A stretch of DNA of 64,000 nt from Candidatus Magasanikiibacteriota bacterium (GCA_963840935.1 CAWJAS010000001.1:706790-770789); one strand, 5' to 3'; positions 40,901-50,941 are shown, numbered from the stretch's first letter. Numbers and translations are program-made. Notes: generated from the letters alone by a model not told the origin.

Positions 40901-43900
40901 CCAAAAATCGGGCGAGGTTCCAAGGTCGCAATCTTCGCCCACGCCAATCATGCCATTTCCACAAATTGATGCGCCAGTATCTTCGGCTCCGGTTTGAGGA
41001 GATGAACCGGCATAAAGACAATTTGATGTGCATCCAGCGGATGTGGCTGGATTATTTGGGTCACATTTTTCGCCTTTGAGCGGGTTTACCACGCCATCTC
41101 CGCACAAGCCGTAATCAATAGTACCACCATAAGATATGGTTGTTGTTACATTATTATTCCCCGGTCGCAAACAATTAAGAGTACACGCCACTGTATCACC
41201 TATTTTTCGAGGAGGGTCGCAGTCTTCCCCGGCTTCCACCGCCATATTCCCACACAAAGGTTCCATTACTCCACCATAGGGAATTGAACTTCCTTTTTTA
41301 ACACAATTGGCGGTGCAAAAAGAATTTTTTCCTTTTGTTTTAAATTCCACAACCTCGGCAACCAAAATATCGCTTGATGCCCAATCCCAATCAAGCGACC
41401 ACGCGTTTAGCAATTGGCCTTCCGGGTCACAAGAATCCGGCGCTGAACGAGCCTGGGAAGAATAAACTTTGCGCGAATCAATGGTCAGGGCTCTATACAA
41501 AACCGGAGTTACCGTCACGCTGTCAACCGTGCATTTTTCACTTTTTGTTCTGAACCTCCAGCTAAACGCCTCTTGCATTGGCTTACCTTGAGATGATGGT
41601 TCATTAATTGTTTTTTGAGACCAAAGCTGTGAAGTTTGGTCGCCCACACTATCACCCGTTTTGGACAAAACCACCAAATACAAGGTATCTTTTTGCCATT
41701 CAGGATTTGGGTCTTCTGTTGTCGCCATCGGAACAATACTTAAAAACCTTAAATCATCGCCAAACTTCACATCCAAATCATAAGACGGAATCTGAACAGT
41801 AGAAGAACAATTTTCATCAAAACACTTATAAACTTTCACGCCATTATCAACATTATATGATGACATTCGAATATTAAATCTTGCTCCAATTTCCGCGTTA
41901 GTACATGCTTCCAAGCAATTCGGCCAATAATCAACCACGCGCGGTTTTGACAAATCAATTGTTAACGGACTAACACCGATTTTTTGATCATAATCAAATT
42001 CATTTATACCTTGATAAAGGGCAAAAACTTCTCCGGGCGTTAAATCTTTTTTGTATATTCTCACGTCGTCAATATCGCCGTGCCAAAATTCATTTGGGGT
42101 TGGATGAATTTGCGCGCCGATGTATGCATATTGTTGTACCAAATACCACCCCGGTTTGGCTTCTTTCGCCACTTGAACTCCGTTTGCATATAATGTGGCA
42201 TAAGTTCCGTCATAAGTTAAACAAATATGATTCCATATATCCGCCTGCCAAAAATTATTGACTTGAATATCATCTCCATATCCACCGGCAACCAAATGAC
42301 TGCCCAATCTTCCGATAAACATCGCTCGTCCGGTTCCCATCGAACCATAGGCAACCAGCCATTTATATGAAAAATTGACATCGGACGTTTTACCCCAAGC
42401 GCACATGGTTCGCGAATTTTTTGCATCCGGCAGAATCCACGGATTTGACAATACGACTACGCCATCAGTACCGTTCAATCTTATTGCCCTGTTTATTTTA
42501 CCATTCACAAAAGTAACCCCGCCTTGAATAACACCGTTATTTTCATCACCACCCATACTCATATCCAAAACATTATCTCCATCAAAAGTCCACCAACTTA
42601 TCAAGCCATTCTCTGAAGCAAGACTGCCCTTAGTGGCGGTTGCTTCAATGTTTGCCGCGTCTTCCGGATTTACTAATCCCACACTTACGGTATTGCTCAA
42701 GGCTGAAACTTGTTGCATATTGCCGTTCGTGCCTGTTGAAGCTCCGTACAGTTCAGCGTAACTATTTCTGCCGGCCTGAACCGACCATTCCCATTCATAA
42801 CCATCCATATTCATCATTATACATTTTTGGTCGCTTAGCCCAGTCCCGCGATAATAAAAATCCGTCCCCAAATCGTCCGTATTATCTTTAATATCTCGCC
42901 TCATAATCGGTTCTTCCAAAATTGACGTCCAATATGTATACGGGGTAACCACTACTCGTGCCAATTTACAATCCCGCGCGTCTGTTTTAAAAACAAAACA
43001 ATAAGCCGAATCTGCTCCGCAAGTGCTTTGTGGTTTTAGATTTTGGGGGCCCAAAGCAATTTCATCATCGCCATACATATATGATGTCGGCGCCGACATT
43101 AAATCTGTTTGCAATACAACATGATAATAAGTATCATCTTCCCACTGTCCGCTTTGCGGAAACATTTGAACATAGTCATGATTGGCATTTTCCACGGCCG
43201 AAGCGGGATACAAAACATAGCTATCATTTTTCATTTGTACTGGCCCGCCAACATGTACACAAGAATTGACTGTTGGAAAAAAAGCTCCTTCTAATGAAGA
43301 TGTGGTACATTTAAAAACTTGGATATTATTCGCATTTACAGAACTCTGTAACATTCTCATGGAAAATTCAACCGTTATTTCAGCTGTCCGACATACATTA
43401 AAATGATCGTTGTTTTCAGACAATGACCAGCGAATATTCGGTGATGGTGATGGTAAATTCAATCCTAAATCCGTTTCGCTATTACATCTTTCAACAACTC
43501 TCGCGGTCGGAGGGAAAGGCCCTGTGTTAAATCGCCACATATAACCGGTGGATCGCGTTTGTCCATCGCACAATTCCGTATTCAAACGACAAATTCCGGC
43601 ATCATTACCGGCAGTGCAACATTGATAAGCCGGACTAGCACAAGTATTATTATTTTCTAAACAATTAAAAACAGTAAAGGGCATGCTGTTGCCCATCTTT
43701 CCATCAGTTGAGCGATACATGACGACCGGACCCGTCTCTGTATCCCAAGGCGGTTGAACAACCGCACGAGTATTGGAAACGGAAATGGTACCAGTGGTTG
43801 TTCTTCCGGTGATCGACAAAGGATCGGCGGCTGATAGCCAAAAATACGGCACGGCCAAAACACTGTCCCTGGTATAATATTCACCAAATATCTGCATTGT

Positions 43901-46171
43901 CGCCGTTTGGGCAAATGGAATTGGACCGCTGGCAGGGTCAATTTTACAAATACCCGGAGCGGGGTTACCTGACTCCAAAGCAAAAGTTGCTCCAACCGGA
44001 CTAATTGCGTTATCGCTTGAACGTTGAATTTGAACTTTATAATTTCTGCCCTCCTGTACGCTTGAAGTTGGGAACTTCACTACCACTTGCTTGTCACTCC
44101 AAGTTGCGCCTTCACACTCTTCCGGGAAATCAAAAGTTCCATAAACCGCTTCGGTTTCTTCGTATTTAAATAATACTTTTCCCGTATAACTGCCAAAATT
44201 TTTACCGGTGATTGTAATGTATTCCCCTCTCGCGCCATCTTCAGGATAAATACTCTCAATCATCGGCGCGCCTGAATCCAAAACTTCTCGCACGTTAAAC
44301 TGAACGCTGTTACTATTTTTATTATCATTCATTAATTTTACGGGAACAGCGCCGGTTCCAAGAGCCGGCACTCGAGCTGTCACGCTATTGCTTGACCAGT
44401 TATAAATTATCGGAGTGGAAGAAGCAAAAAATACATTATCTTGGCCTTGCGTTTGGCTTGACCCAAAATTCTCACCAATCAAAACAACATTTGTATATGG
44501 AGCGCCATAATTTGGCACAACGGCGCAAAGCCCGGGCAACAATTCATCATTAACAGTAAAATTCCCTTGGTAGCCCCAACCATCGTTATCTGTGACATCA
44601 ACAAATTTTGTTTCTTCCGTGCCCGCGGTTTCCACTTTAATCGGACCGGTTATGGCATCAGGAGGAACTTTGACAATAATTTGCGATTTAGTCCAATTAT
44701 CAATTCCAGCTCCGCAATTCGCCACAAATGCTTCCGACCACCCGTCCCCTTCTGATTTTCTAAAATAAACATGACCGCCGTCATCACCAAAATATTGACC
44801 CCAAATTGAAACATAGGTGGTGCTAGCGGCACCTGCGGTCGGACTAAAACCGTTGATTCGCATTCTATCGACACAAATTCCTTCTTCACACCAACCACTA
44901 GCGCAATCGCTATTCTCGGTACATGATTCACCGGCGCACGAGCCACATTCGCCTCCACAAGCCGGCGGACCGGCAATAGTTTCTCCAAAATTTAGCTGGT
45001 CATCAAAACAATGGCCGGCTAAAAGCATAATATCGCGTGAAGTTGAAGCAGACAATGCGGCATTATCAAAAACAATTGATTCTAATGAATATGTACCAGT
45101 TGGTGACGTGCCGGACGACCAATTTAATGTGGTGGTGCCAGATTTTTGGCACCCGCTTATTGACTGGCTATCGATTGGCGTACCGTTAACATATAATGAA
45201 ACATTTTGAACACCAAAATTATCGGTATAATATATTTCTACCGGTACCACCGAACCTTGGGCAAATGATTGATTGTTAAAAGGATTGATTATCGCAATGG
45301 TCGGCGGGTCGACATCGACACTATCTCCGGTAACAAATTCAACCGCCGGAGTGTTTTTGCATTGAAGTTTATAATTCCCAACATTACAATTCAAACTTAA
45401 CGCATCCTGACTTTTTATATTTGAAGAATTTACAAAATATATTTGATAAGTAGTGCTGGCATCTAAACAATCATTTTGTGGCGGTTCCACTCCGCAATCT
45501 CCGATTGGGTCAAAAACAATCGCGTTTTGTTTATCAATAGAAACCAAGCGCCAAATTCCCTCTGCCGGCGCACCCGTTTGCTTATTTCTTATTACCAAAT
45601 TATCGGGAACTGTGGCAATGTCAATCGCTTTATTGAAAGTTATTATCGGGTGAATATTCCTGATACCGCAACCCAAATCATCGCCCGGCATTGAGGTGAT
45701 ATACAAAACATTGGTAAACGACCCCGGAGGGCCACCCGGACCGCCAGGACCCCCTTCTCCGCCGGTGGTGGCGCTGACCAATGCATTAATAACAAAACTG
45801 GCAATGGCATAGGCGGATAAAATAATCGCCAAACCGATTGCCGCGTTAACCAAAATCTTTTTTGCTTTTTGTATTTTTTCTTCATTTCCGCCGGCTGTCA
45901 TCCAGACAAATCCGCCATAAAGAATGAGAACCAGTGCGACAATTCCCAAAAACCCCAAAGCCACCCTAATAATTCTTGCCACCACCAAACGAATGTCTGT
46001 GGTCGGTAGCCCGATAGTCTCCCCGATTTCATCCATTTGCATCTCATCGACAGTGATGAGTCCTGTGGCAGGCTCTGTTTGAGCCAACACTTGAAGAGCA
46101 AAAAATAGACCGGCCCAAATTATTACGACCAGAAGCAGTGAAGATAAAATTTTTCTTTTTTGGCCGATCAT
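34931..46171 (-). CDS. Giant surface adhesin-like protein (pilin-like TM anchor, Ig-like/IPT-TIG, 3 LamG, Cys-rich CGxG repeats, VWA)
   Basis: 3746 aa; YGGFVWMTAGGNEEKIQKAKK TM motif; ITITGKNFG-type IPT repeats; WNHICLTYD/WHHIAVVFD/WYYISATFN LamG cores; many CGxG..E.CD repeats; VDLSGSM MIDAS. Confidence 0.85.
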   Translation of the reverse strand: MIGQKRKILSSLLLVVIIWAGLFFALQVLAQTEPATGLITVDEMQMDEIGETIGLPTTDIRLVVARIIRVALGFLGIVALVLILYGGFVWMTAGGNEEKIQKAKKILVNAAIGLAIILSAYAIASFVINALVSATTGGEGGPGGPGGPPGSFTNVLYITSMPGDDLGCGIRNIHPIITFNKAIDIATVPDNLVIRNKQTGAPAEGIWRLVSIDKQNAIVFDPIGDCGVEPPQNDCLDASTTYQIYFVNSSNIKSQDALSLNCNVGNYKLQCKNTPAVEFVTGDSVDVDPPTIAIINPFNNQSFAQGSVVPVEIYYTDNFGVQNVSLYVNGTPIDSQSISGCQKSGTTTLNWSSGTSPTGTYSLESIVFDNAALSASTSRDIMLLAGHCFDDQLNFGETIAGPPACGGECGSCAGESCTENSDCASGWCEEGICVDRMRINGFSPTAGAASTTYVSIWGQYFGDDGGHVYFRKSEGDGWSEAFVANCGAGIDNWTKSQIIVKVPPDAITGPIKVETAGTEETKFVDVTDNDGWGYQGNFTVNDELLPGLCAVVPNYGAPYTNVVLIGENFGSSQTQGQDNVFFASSTPIIYNWSSNSVTARVPALGTGAVPVKLMNDNKNSNSVQFNVREVLDSGAPMIESIYPEDGARGEYITITGKNFGSYTGKVLFKYEETEAVYGTFDFPEECEGATWSDKQVVVKFPTSSVQEGRNYKVQIQRSSDNAISPVGATFALESGNPAPGICKIDPASGPIPFAQTATMQIFGEYYTRDSVLAVPYFWLSAADPLSITGRTTTGTISVSNTRAVVQPPWDTETGPVVMYRSTDGKMGNSMPFTVFNCLENNNTCASPAYQCCTAGNDAGICRLNTELCDGQTRSTGYMWRFNTGPFPPTARVVERCNSETDLGLNLPSPSPNIRWSLSENNDHFNVCRTAEITVEFSMRMLQSSVNANNIQVFKCTTSSLEGAFFPTVNSCVHVGGPVQMKNDSYVLYPASAVENANHDYVQMFPQSGQWEDDTYYHVVLQTDLMSAPTSYMYGDDEIALGPQNLKPQSTCGADSAYCFVFKTDARDCKLARVVVTPYTYWTSILEEPIMRRDIKDNTDDLGTDFYYRGTGLSDQKCIMMNMDGYEWEWSVQAGRNSYAELYGASTGTNGNMQQVSALSNTVSVGLVNPEDAANIEATATKGSLASENGLISWWTFDGDNVLDMSMGGDENNGVIQGGVTFVNGKINRAIRLNGTDGVVVLSNPWILPDAKNSRTMCAWGKTSDVNFSYKWLVAYGSMGTGRAMFIGRLGSHLVAGGYGDDIQVNNFWQADIWNHICLTYDGTYATLYANGVQVAKEAKPGWYLVQQYAYIGAQIHPTPNEFWHGDIDDVRIYKKDLTPGEVFALYQGINEFDYDQKIGVSPLTIDLSKPRVVDYWPNCLEACTNAEIGARFNIRMSSYNVDNGVKVYKCFDENCSSTVQIPSYDLDVKFGDDLRFLSIVPMATTEDPNPEWQKDTLYLVVLSKTGDSVGDQTSQLWSQKTINEPSSQGKPMQEAFSWRFRTKSEKCTVDSVTVTPVLYRALTIDSRKVYSSQARSAPDSCDPEGQLLNAWSLDWDWASSDILVAEVVEFKTKGKNSFCTANCVKKGSSIPYGGVMEPLCGNMAVEAGEDCDPPRKIGDTVACTLNCLRPGNNNVTTTISYGGTIDYGLCGDGVVNPLKGEKCDPNNPATSAGCTSNCLYAGSSPQTGAEDTGASICGNGMIGVGEDCDLGTSPDFWRSTSSLFCSEKCLHLGSALYAGWCVDDNNTTTYGGFSMSEFNTACAKAKSICGDDIASPDEDKACEDATNPLLICTDRCLINVFDDSLKKCSPTTTLVVRDIENNPIYTSVIKSEGCNSIGQYEGSSLMYSTSSLCGDGIVGIGEDPDCEKNFVYVREFVDPWALAVGIGLGTTTPNNTQITDITATGEQEVDEKIYTESGKGQFEILCGFNTDLECQIQTNNPLMGVAENSCCYERALLIDTYPARTMPSSSEVATAFDVCPNTYIEATFNKVIDINTLPGAVYIARGYNIATTTPECPVGQIDVTDLVRGYIADARDQIQPWYKRLWAGFTGWVKNLFGIKASADTPRSEFNANIYCVGDETGTPSVIVNDPKGVNSTSSVLISLNKPLAFDSDYAIIFRPGAKDVRGVSIGNTAQWQFITGNEICVLDKAEIDPDEHMFNKSGVTEDFEVKSISQNDQYIQPVAGYSWEYDWGPAQNEFIAIANATGTVNVVTAKNRNGEVDLTATSRFTENIFPLASPIVTGKSRIVVFLCENRWPSGSLDNFPFKDEEHDFSTYYCMDYGMVGIADDLPNVTTSQIWTPSVGSPYVKRYIFINNNNKDAIGIQIFYNSNHLSISDWYASQGYTGQMNSVKIDGFDALTDGNNYYIDALVQPLYTNPTTFNIYSNIYQFSINSDATAQTKEVFNQIIKYLKFNLRLKNDPYCASDYSGANIDYGMQCSNDMDCLAQMEAIKKASPTTTKSNYFCYNQKDKLQRNYTRLNDLRGMIKSIEWGRGAVAIWPMDYVTYGKLPDSTGRGFEAVINQSTGKASLLSGRISQALHLEQPAYLVATKATDIGNRSFTIAHWIKTTSSQYRAYTVTNDADPNSTNNRYYFGISNGKVSYRISYNGADYLCSEDKVNDNLWHHIAVVFDRQAGQTNVSCYVDGALSGSDSYPSSFGHMYEGKPRIGTPICSSVGNCMKCSALDLGCDSVFKADIDDVRIYARALNPDEMRDLFYDSLPYNGGYPNLPENTYLPGHAFSVWPTTWSDLGSQLNTQLPVDPINKLAQSGTCFLPVSGNQYEACFRDADCATIPISGRSSYWTADEGNKDEGAIGNNATIEGTVQTVAGKGHGKAFEFAGDSSAKVVAGNFDEYNGDNFSVSAWIYPTKRNTATIIKKGGSDGDGNSLGGFILEYSGLQFTGSQVRFNNGTIRFAIFPEASNPNKYYAIDSQEPLGLNQWYYISATFNKNTKTGKLYINGNLVSETFRVPPNGASVTITEPSFPYATNTLSIEMGESFNGKIDNIAFYSRELDTAEIGNLYAGLCVLHDPVTGWSAEDRRFSFACNTSSYAYRYSFVSTTQSYLLRANLETLQSPEPQNYFNFLNDFTFNKVLFEYGVCASANEISSPYNVYCGDGVLGSGEECDPPGSVSYNTVACPASATKKTCNSQCAWGAESLTTCAEAIGGTCGDGKIQYSIGEVCDDGLLNGQPGRCNTGCSGIFQTCGNGVLDSGEFCDTVLATATQPVTCAYRPGVETKKGFTTEPVYYFLVDLSGSMNYSFSGAATPPPGEKSRLQYVQEQLPLLAVQFAESETKAKIGIGSFRSSNIFVDYLDPDIKFAMPVEVAGVVGTFAASGGTPTGAAIKWWRENIYENFSEEDKQRQINLILVTDGASTGVPTPTEEITLLNSPGYGVLTYVFGVAYFTQAFNDWAAAGGTYQYIPINDSSDSILDQMLEIYYSQPCRQYDIFNAFSCNWNCTGFGGYCGDGMLQTDSGEQCEGTTPVPCTTDGGFSGTAECLNCQLQECIADSAVPTVGVCGNGIVDEFEACDRGEDENGIICTPIYPQQNCTYCSADCKNVITKDIVCGNGILNESELCDPGMSNGGFARTMFIDEVDRCLPCKTDCTGWDVSKSVVNSISSGCAVNSFPVSLTDPINLVGRGYCGDGIRQGVLNINYASGLLIPPYPWINFSYEECDIDPSNCPACTVFGQVKSCTNQCRCSCVFPSLL

Positions 46172-46186
46172 GAAAACATTTAAAAA

Positions 46187-48322
46187 TTATATTGACGGAC
46201 TGGTAAGCGGTATTAATAAATTTGACCTGCAATTATCCGGGTCGTTTTCCGCCGGATTTCCGTTGCAACAGAAAACAAGTGCCCCATCTTTAATACAACA
46301 ATTATCGGGATTTTTATCGCAATAACCGGACATTTTTGAAATATCATAATTTGGCCCTTCCAAAGGCCCCTGGCCCGGATACAAACAGTTGAAATGCGCA
46401 TCTTCAACATTGGAATCAATATACGGAATATAACCCTGAGGCAAACCATCCAAAAATGGACCGTGATTCATGATTGTTCGCGTAATTGGGGTGGTTGAGC
46501 TAAAAACAACAAAAGGCACTTTCCAGATTAAATCCAAAATACATTGTTCGGATGATAATTCATAATAAACGCATCTTTCTTGCGGTGTCGGTGATTCTTC
46601 AATACTAATATAATACATCGGGTCGATTCGCATGCGCTTGTCAAACCACATATTCCAGGCTTCGTTAGCCGAAACCCATGGCGCTTCGGGCCCGGGAATA
46701 ATTTGAGAAATAATTGGCGGGGTTAAATCCAATTCATCTTTGAGTGCAAATCCCCAAAAATAATGGTCTGGCAATTTCCAACCCTGTCCGGTCGGCACAA
46801 AAACAGGTTCAATTGTCGGGCCAACATCAACCAAGCTATTCTTATTACCGTCAAGCGCGTTGCCACAAATATCAGCCACACCGGTAAAAGGATTTGATTC
46901 AAAAGTATTTGGAGAAATAGTGGAGGCGGCTTTTAATAAAATTTCATAACTGTCTTGACTGCAATCCGCTCCCTCGGCATCGCAAACAGGCATGCAGTAA
47001 ACCGTGTTGCCACAAGCATTTTTACCGCAAGGGACTGAAGGGGTAAATTCCAAAGTCTGATAATTATTCACCAGATTAAAAGCGCCGATCGGCATGGTGC
47101 TCTCTTGATTTTGTATGAATATAAATCCGTTTTGCAAATAATAATACCCATAACTTGAGGTGGCAAAAATACCTTGCACGCCAATCGGATCCATCGGTTC
47201 ATTAAAACTAATTTGAACAACCGTATTTTTGTATTCAACGGTATCAATTCCCGGATAAACATCAATCACATATGGTGGAGATAAATCCAATTCAGTTCCG
47301 CAAGTAAATTGCCATTCATAATATTTTGAACCGGACAATCCGTCAAAAATTCCCGGATTACCCAAATCCGGTTCATCGCGCTTAATGTCTTTGCCAAGGT
47401 GCACCAGATATGAAACATCTTCGGTTTCAGAGCCAAGATATTCAAGCGGACGAATTACTATTGTGTAAACACCGGCAATACCAGTGGCCGGGTCCACACT
47501 CGGCGATGCCATAATAGCCGCCCCGCTTATGGGAACATATGTCGGGGTGCCGGTGGCTGATTCCGCCGGAATAATAGCCGTAATATTTATTAAATTATTA
47601 TCCAAAATTATCTGGTCGCAATCTGTCGACCAATCGTTAAGTGGGGTTTTGCATGTACCAAAAACACCGTCATAATTAGTGTCTTCTGCCAAATTACTCA
47701 TTTGAATAGGACGGAAAAATGAAATAACTATTTTGGTATTGCGCGGAACATTAGTTTGATTACGATTTGGATAATGGTCTTTTATCACTCGTCCCAAAGC
47801 TCCACTTCCGCGGAAATTTTGTGTTCCGGGCGCTGCCATCGGGCCCATCATTCCTTCACCCATGCCGATTCCAAGCATGCGCATTACAAAAAGAACGATT
47901 GCATAAGCCGACAAAATAATAATCAAACCAATCACGGCGTTGGTCAATGTTTTTTTGGCTTTTCCAATCTGTTCCTCGTTGCCCGCCGCAGTCATCCATA
48001 GAAACCCACCATAAATAATAATTACCAATAATACAATGCCCACGAGTCCAAGAGCAATCCTTATAATATTGGCAATAATCAAACGGATATCGGTCGCCGG
48101 CAACCCAATCGGTTCTTCAATCATTTCTATCCCTTGAATCAATTCGGAATTGGGATCGGCCTGACTGACAATATCTTCGGCTTGAACTTTTAACGCGTTA
48201 CCAAAAGCAAAGTAAAAACAAAAAACCGCCACAAATAATAACCCTCCTATTGTGGCGGTCCTTTGAAATTTTGAATATGGTCTATTTATCCATTGAAGCA
48301 TGGTAACAATGAAAAAATACAA
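46187..48322 (-). CDS. Surface protein with CPR pilin-like TM anchor and Ig-like domains
   Basis: YGGFLWMTAAGNEEQIGKAKK, paralogous to the N-terminus of the giant protein; PRNTKIVISF and ISFNEPMD Ig-like motifs. Confidence 0.8.
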   Translation of the reverse strand: MYFFIVTMLQWINRPYSKFQRTATIGGLLFVAVFCFYFAFGNALKVQAEDIVSQADPNSELIQGIEMIEEPIGLPATDIRLIIANIIRIALGLVGIVLLVIIIYGGFLWMTAAGNEEQIGKAKKTLTNAVIGLIIILSAYAIVLFVMRMLGIGMGEGMMGPMAAPGTQNFRGSGALGRVIKDHYPNRNQTNVPRNTKIVISFFRPIQMSNLAEDTNYDGVFGTCKTPLNDWSTDCDQIILDNNLINITAIIPAESATGTPTYVPISGAAIMASPSVDPATGIAGVYTIVIRPLEYLGSETEDVSYLVHLGKDIKRDEPDLGNPGIFDGLSGSKYYEWQFTCGTELDLSPPYVIDVYPGIDTVEYKNTVVQISFNEPMDPIGVQGIFATSSYGYYYLQNGFIFIQNQESTMPIGAFNLVNNYQTLEFTPSVPCGKNACGNTVYCMPVCDAEGADCSQDSYEILLKAASTISPNTFESNPFTGVADICGNALDGNKNSLVDVGPTIEPVFVPTGQGWKLPDHYFWGFALKDELDLTPPIISQIIPGPEAPWVSANEAWNMWFDKRMRIDPMYYISIEESPTPQERCVYYELSSEQCILDLIWKVPFVVFSSTTPITRTIMNHGPFLDGLPQGYIPYIDSNVEDAHFNCLYPGQGPLEGPNYDISKMSGYCDKNPDNCCIKDGALVFCCNGNPAENDPDNCRSNLLIPLTSPSI

Positions 48323-48342
48323 AAAGTACGCGTTTGAATTAT

Positions 48343-48582
48343 TTAGCGGTGTTTCTTAAACTTTTCTTCCGGCAAGCGTCCTATTTTTTTCAGATAATCC
48401 ATTTTGGATGAAATTTTTAGGCGATGCAGGGCGCTTTTTTTGCGCATGTTTTTACTTTTATCCGCTTCGTGAAATTGAATTTTTTTGACTTGCAGGACTT
48501 TGCCTGATTGTTGCCATCGCTTCTTTACACGACGAATAAAAGCTTCGAATGATTCGTTTTTCTTTCTTTTTATTTCTGACAC
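48343..48582 (-). CDS. rpsU: 30S ribosomal protein S21
   Basis: ESFEAFIRRVKKRWQQSG; GGAGG RBS suits GTG at 48582. Confidence 0.85.
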   Translation of the reverse strand: MSEIKRKKNESFEAFIRRVKKRWQQSGKVLQVKKIQFHEADKSKNMRKKSALHRLKISSKMDYLKKIGRLPEEKFKKHR

Positions 48583-48638
48583 AAAAGTCACCTCCGTTTC
48601 TAAAAGATTATACTGATTTAATACATTATATTATAATC

Positions 48639-50084
48639 CTATTTTACGGTATCGTCAAATTTTTTAAGCTTTCTTTTGACCAAATTTTCGACTTTCTTTT
48701 GGTCCACGATTTCCTGAACGCCGGATTCCATGTCTCTGATAATAATTGTTCCTTCCTGCACTTCTTTTTGCCCTAAAATAAGGGTATATCCCACCTTCAA
48801 ATCATTGGCAATTTCCAACTGATTTTTTAACGAACTTTTAAACAGGTTGAAACCGATTTTTAATCCACTATGTCGCAGGTCCTCAATTATTTTTAGCGCC
48901 CTTCCTTTTGCCCTATCCCCAAGCTGGGCAAAAAATATGTCGAAATTTGATTTTGGCAAATTAAGAATATTTTTTTCGGCAAACTGTTTCAAAACAGCCA
49001 CTGTCCGGTCAATGCCCAAGGCAACTCCAACCGCGGGAGTTGCTCGACCGCCCATTTCTTCCATAAGTAAATCATAACGCCCTCCCCCGCCCAAAGCGCT
49101 TTGAGATTTTTCATTATTTTTATTCTCTTCTCCATCCGACAACTCATTTAAAACCGGATAAATTTCAAAAACAGTATGGGTATAATAATCCAGACCGCGA
49201 ACCAATGAAGGCTGAAGAACGTAAGGCACCTGCAATTCATCCAAATATTCCAAAACTTTCATAAAATAATTTTTTGAACTATCGGAAAGCCAATCAACAA
49301 TTTGCGGGGCCTCGTCTTTAATCGGCTGGCATTGGTCTTCTTTGCAATCAAGCAAACGCAAAGGATTCTTAAGCAAGCGTTTTCGGCAATCCTCGCATAA
49401 ATAACTTTTTTTGGTACGATAAAAATTCGCCAGTTCGGCTTTATAGCGCTCTCGCTCATCGGGCAAACCAATACTATTGATTCTTATCTCGACCGGAAGA
49501 CCAATGTCTTTATAAAAATTATACGCAACCAAAATCAACTCCGCGTCACTGGCCGGGTCAAGTACTCCTATGGTTTCAAATCCAACCTGATAAAATTGAC
49601 GATAACGCCCGGCTTGCGGACGGTCATGGCGAAACATCGGCGCCCAATACCACATTTTAACCGGCTGAGGGTAATTCCACATTCCGGCGTTAATAAAAGC
49701 GCGGGCGACCGGCGCGGTTCCTTCAGGTCGCAGACAAACTTTACCTTCCGACAAATCAAAAACATACATTTCTTTTTCCACCACATCAGTTCCTTTACCA
49801 AGCGAACGAACAAACAGTCCGGCCTCTTCCATAACCGGCGTTTCTATTCGGCCGAACTGAAAATGTTCAGCTAAATTTTCTGCATTATGATACAACGGCT
49901 TCCAATATTTTTCTTCTCTGGGCAAAACATCATGCATACCACGCATCACCTGAAAAGTTTTTTTGGATTTTGACGCTCCCGACAAATGTTCCTTGGCGCT
50001 TTCCGTGCCGGTCTTTTTTATTTTCTGCGCAGGCTTTTTTACAGATTTGGTTTTGGTTAATTTTTTATTCTTTTCTTTTTTCAT
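48639..50084 (-). CDS. hisS: Histidine-tRNA ligase
   Basis: RGMHD, LRPEGTA, FRHDRPQAGRYRQFYQ, LVRGLDYY, GGGRYD. Confidence 0.98.
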   Translation of the reverse strand: MKKEKNKKLTKTKSVKKPAQKIKKTGTESAKEHLSGASKSKKTFQVMRGMHDVLPREEKYWKPLYHNAENLAEHFQFGRIETPVMEEAGLFVRSLGKGTDVVEKEMYVFDLSEGKVCLRPEGTAPVARAFINAGMWNYPQPVKMWYWAPMFRHDRPQAGRYRQFYQVGFETIGVLDPASDAELILVAYNFYKDIGLPVEIRINSIGLPDERERYKAELANFYRTKKSYLCEDCRKRLLKNPLRLLDCKEDQCQPIKDEAPQIVDWLSDSSKNYFMKVLEYLDELQVPYVLQPSLVRGLDYYTHTVFEIYPVLNELSDGEENKNNEKSQSALGGGGRYDLLMEEMGGRATPAVGVALGIDRTVAVLKQFAEKNILNLPKSNFDIFFAQLGDRAKGRALKIIEDLRHSGLKIGFNLFKSSLKNQLEIANDLKVGYTLILGQKEVQEGTIIIRDMESGVQEIVDQKKVENLVKRKLKKFDDTVK

Positions 50085-50129
50085 AATAAAAAATAATTAT
50101 ACTATAAACTGCAGTAATTAATTTGTTTT

Positions 50130-50771
50130 TTAAATATTCAAATTTGGAGCGCTAAATATTTCCGCTCGTGAAAAAGGCCATCCTCTTATCCAAGCTCGGC
50201 CAACGATAAACGAACGGTCGACCGGGCCAAAACGCCTTGAATCAAAACTATTCGGACGATTGTCGCCCATTAAAAAGAATTGGTCGTCCCCTACCGTAAC
50301 CAAACGATCACCTTCGGTGGCAATGTCACTCGGTAAATAAAATTCATCAATGGCCATTCCTTCGGGATGTTCATCATTATAAATTATCACTTTGCCCGAT
50401 GATATTTTAACTGTTTCTCCTGGTAAGCCGATTATACGTTTTAAAAAATGTTCTTTGGGGTTATCGGGATAGCGAAAAACAACCACTTCACCTCTAATCG
50501 GCTCCCTTAAACGATAAGATAATTCATCGATTATCAAATATTCTTTTTCATAAAAAGTAGGTTCCATGGACGCACCTTTAACATAAAAAGGTTTGAACAA
50601 AAAATAACGAATGAGCCCGATAGTAATGCCGGCGATAACGGCAATTTTTACCATTTCAAACAAAAACAAACCAACCGAAGCGATTATTTTTATAAACCTT
50701 TTTTTGAATTCACCGGATTTTTTACCGGTATCTAGTTTGTTTATTTCTTCGTTGTTTTCTTGGTCTTCCAT
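50130..50771 (-). CDS. lepB: Signal peptidase I
   Basis: GASMEPT, FLKRIIGLPGE, MGDNRPNSFDSRRFG; start at MEDQEN preferred. Confidence 0.95.
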   Translation of the reverse strand: MEDQENNEEINKLDTGKKSGEFKKRFIKIIASVGLFLFEMVKIAVIAGITIGLIRYFLFKPFYVKGASMEPTFYEKEYLIIDELSYRLREPIRGEVVVFRYPDNPKEHFLKRIIGLPGETVKISSGKVIIYNDEHPEGMAIDEFYLPSDIATEGDRLVTVGDDQFFLMGDNRPNSFDSRRFGPVDRSFIVGRAWIRGWPFSRAEIFSAPNLNI

Positions 50772-50941
50772 AAGAATTTTTGATTTTGTAAAAAATGACA
50801 ACAAAAAATTGCCACATGTATTAATATACACCAATTATTTATGATTGGCAAGAAGAGAAAACAAAAACCGGCGGCGTTATTTTATGGCTAAAATAAGCGC
50901 GCGCCGGCAATATACGAAAGAACAAAAAGAAGAAAAACGAA

